A DNA stretch of 64,000 nt from Mustelus asterias (taxonomy: Eukaryota): NCBI RefSeq assembly GCF_964213995.1, contig NW_027590805.1, positions 1 through 64,000 on the forward strand, in the 5' to 3' direction. The notes beneath the pieces were generated by a model. That model searched no databases and had not been told where the DNA came from. It worked only from the letters and a program-made list of their open reading frames with translations. The position numbers and the translations under genes are program-made. Below are positions 63,215 through 64,000 of this stretch, piece after piece. Numbering within the stretch: position 1 is the first letter of the stretch; each line of letters starts with the position of its first letter.

Positions 63215-64000
63215 TCATGAGACGTGGCAACATAAGTAGGCCATTCGGTCCATTGACTCTGCTCCGTCATTCAGTGAGATCATGAGTGATCTGATAATCA
63301 TCAACTGCACTTTCCCACCTTATTCCTAGATGCCTTTACTTATTAAAAATATGTCTATCTCAGCCTTGAACATAATTAAAGACCTCGGTCATACCATTCT
63401 CTACGGCAAGGAATTCCGCAGATTCAATACCCTCTGAGAGATTTATTTTCTTCATCCCTGTCTTAATGGGCGACTCCTCACTTTCAGATTATGCCATCTG
63501 GTCCCAGACTCTCTCACAAGGAGAAACAAACTCTCAGCACTTACCCAATAAAAAAAACTCTGAGAATCCTCTATGGCTCAGTAATGTCACCTCTAATTCT
63601 TCTAAACGCCAATAAGTTCAAAGCCAGCCTCTTCTCGTAAGAACATCCCTCCATATTCCGAGCGACTTCAATTAACATTCTCTGGACTGCATCCAATGCT
63701 ACGTCCAATCTTTCCTTACATAAGGGAACCAAAATTGTTCACAGTATTCTAAGTATGTTCTGCTGGTGCCTTGCATAATTTTAGTAAGACTTCCTTATAA
63801 TTATACTCCATCCCTGTTGAAGTAAGGACCAACATTCATTTTGCCTTCCCTATTACTTGCCAAATTTTTGTGCTAGCCTTTTGCGATATATAACCAAGAC
63901 CTCTAGATCATTCTTTGCTTCAGCATTCTGTAGTATTTGTGCCATTTAAATAATCTGTCTCTCGTTCATTTTTCCTGCTAAAGATCATAAGTTCACTCTT
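63215..64000 (-). mobile_element. Old CR1 LINE 3' fragment
   Basis: Degenerate reverse complement of the CR1 3' end seen at 23400-24090 (aggccattcggtcc...gagatcatg...tctcagccttgaa...cctctgagag). Confidence 0.65.

Overview
This is eukaryotic, repeat-rich DNA from a cartilaginous fish (elasmobranch), judged from HE1-type SINEs, CR1/HER1-type LINEs and shark-type Ig sequences. Its centrepiece is a complete shark-style IgM heavy-chain minilocus on the + strand (about 29.6-53.8 kb). In order it has a promoter, leader, VH with a 23-RSS, a single D flanked by 12/12 RSSs, a 23-RSS JH, a 12.2-kb J-C intron, CH1-CH4 with secretory tail, TM1 and TM2. All exons are open with GT-AG junctions. Unusual points are: (1) one D instead of the usual two, possibly a germline D1-D2 join; (2) J-Trp118 replaced by Cys (CGQG); (3) a second Trp-to-Cys change at the start of the transmembrane segment; (4) a G-rich, switch-region-like tandem array about 1 kb before CH1; and (5) an otherwise canonical tRNA-Pro(UGG) with an 18-nt intron, lying head-to-tail with an HE1 SINE inside the J-C intron. 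A disrupted VH pseudogene carrying its own copy of the 1-kb upstream block lies 15 kb upstream. The cluster is flanked by an 11-finger C2H2 zinc-finger gene with a CpG-rich promoter and by a P2Y/LPAR-like GPCR pseudogene. The rest is CR1, Tx1, Rex1/Babar, Gypsy, Penelope-like and SINE debris plus simple repeats. Coordinates were read by eye: exon, RSS and tRNA ends should be near-exact, while repeat ends are approximate. Family assignments come from motif recognition, not database searches.
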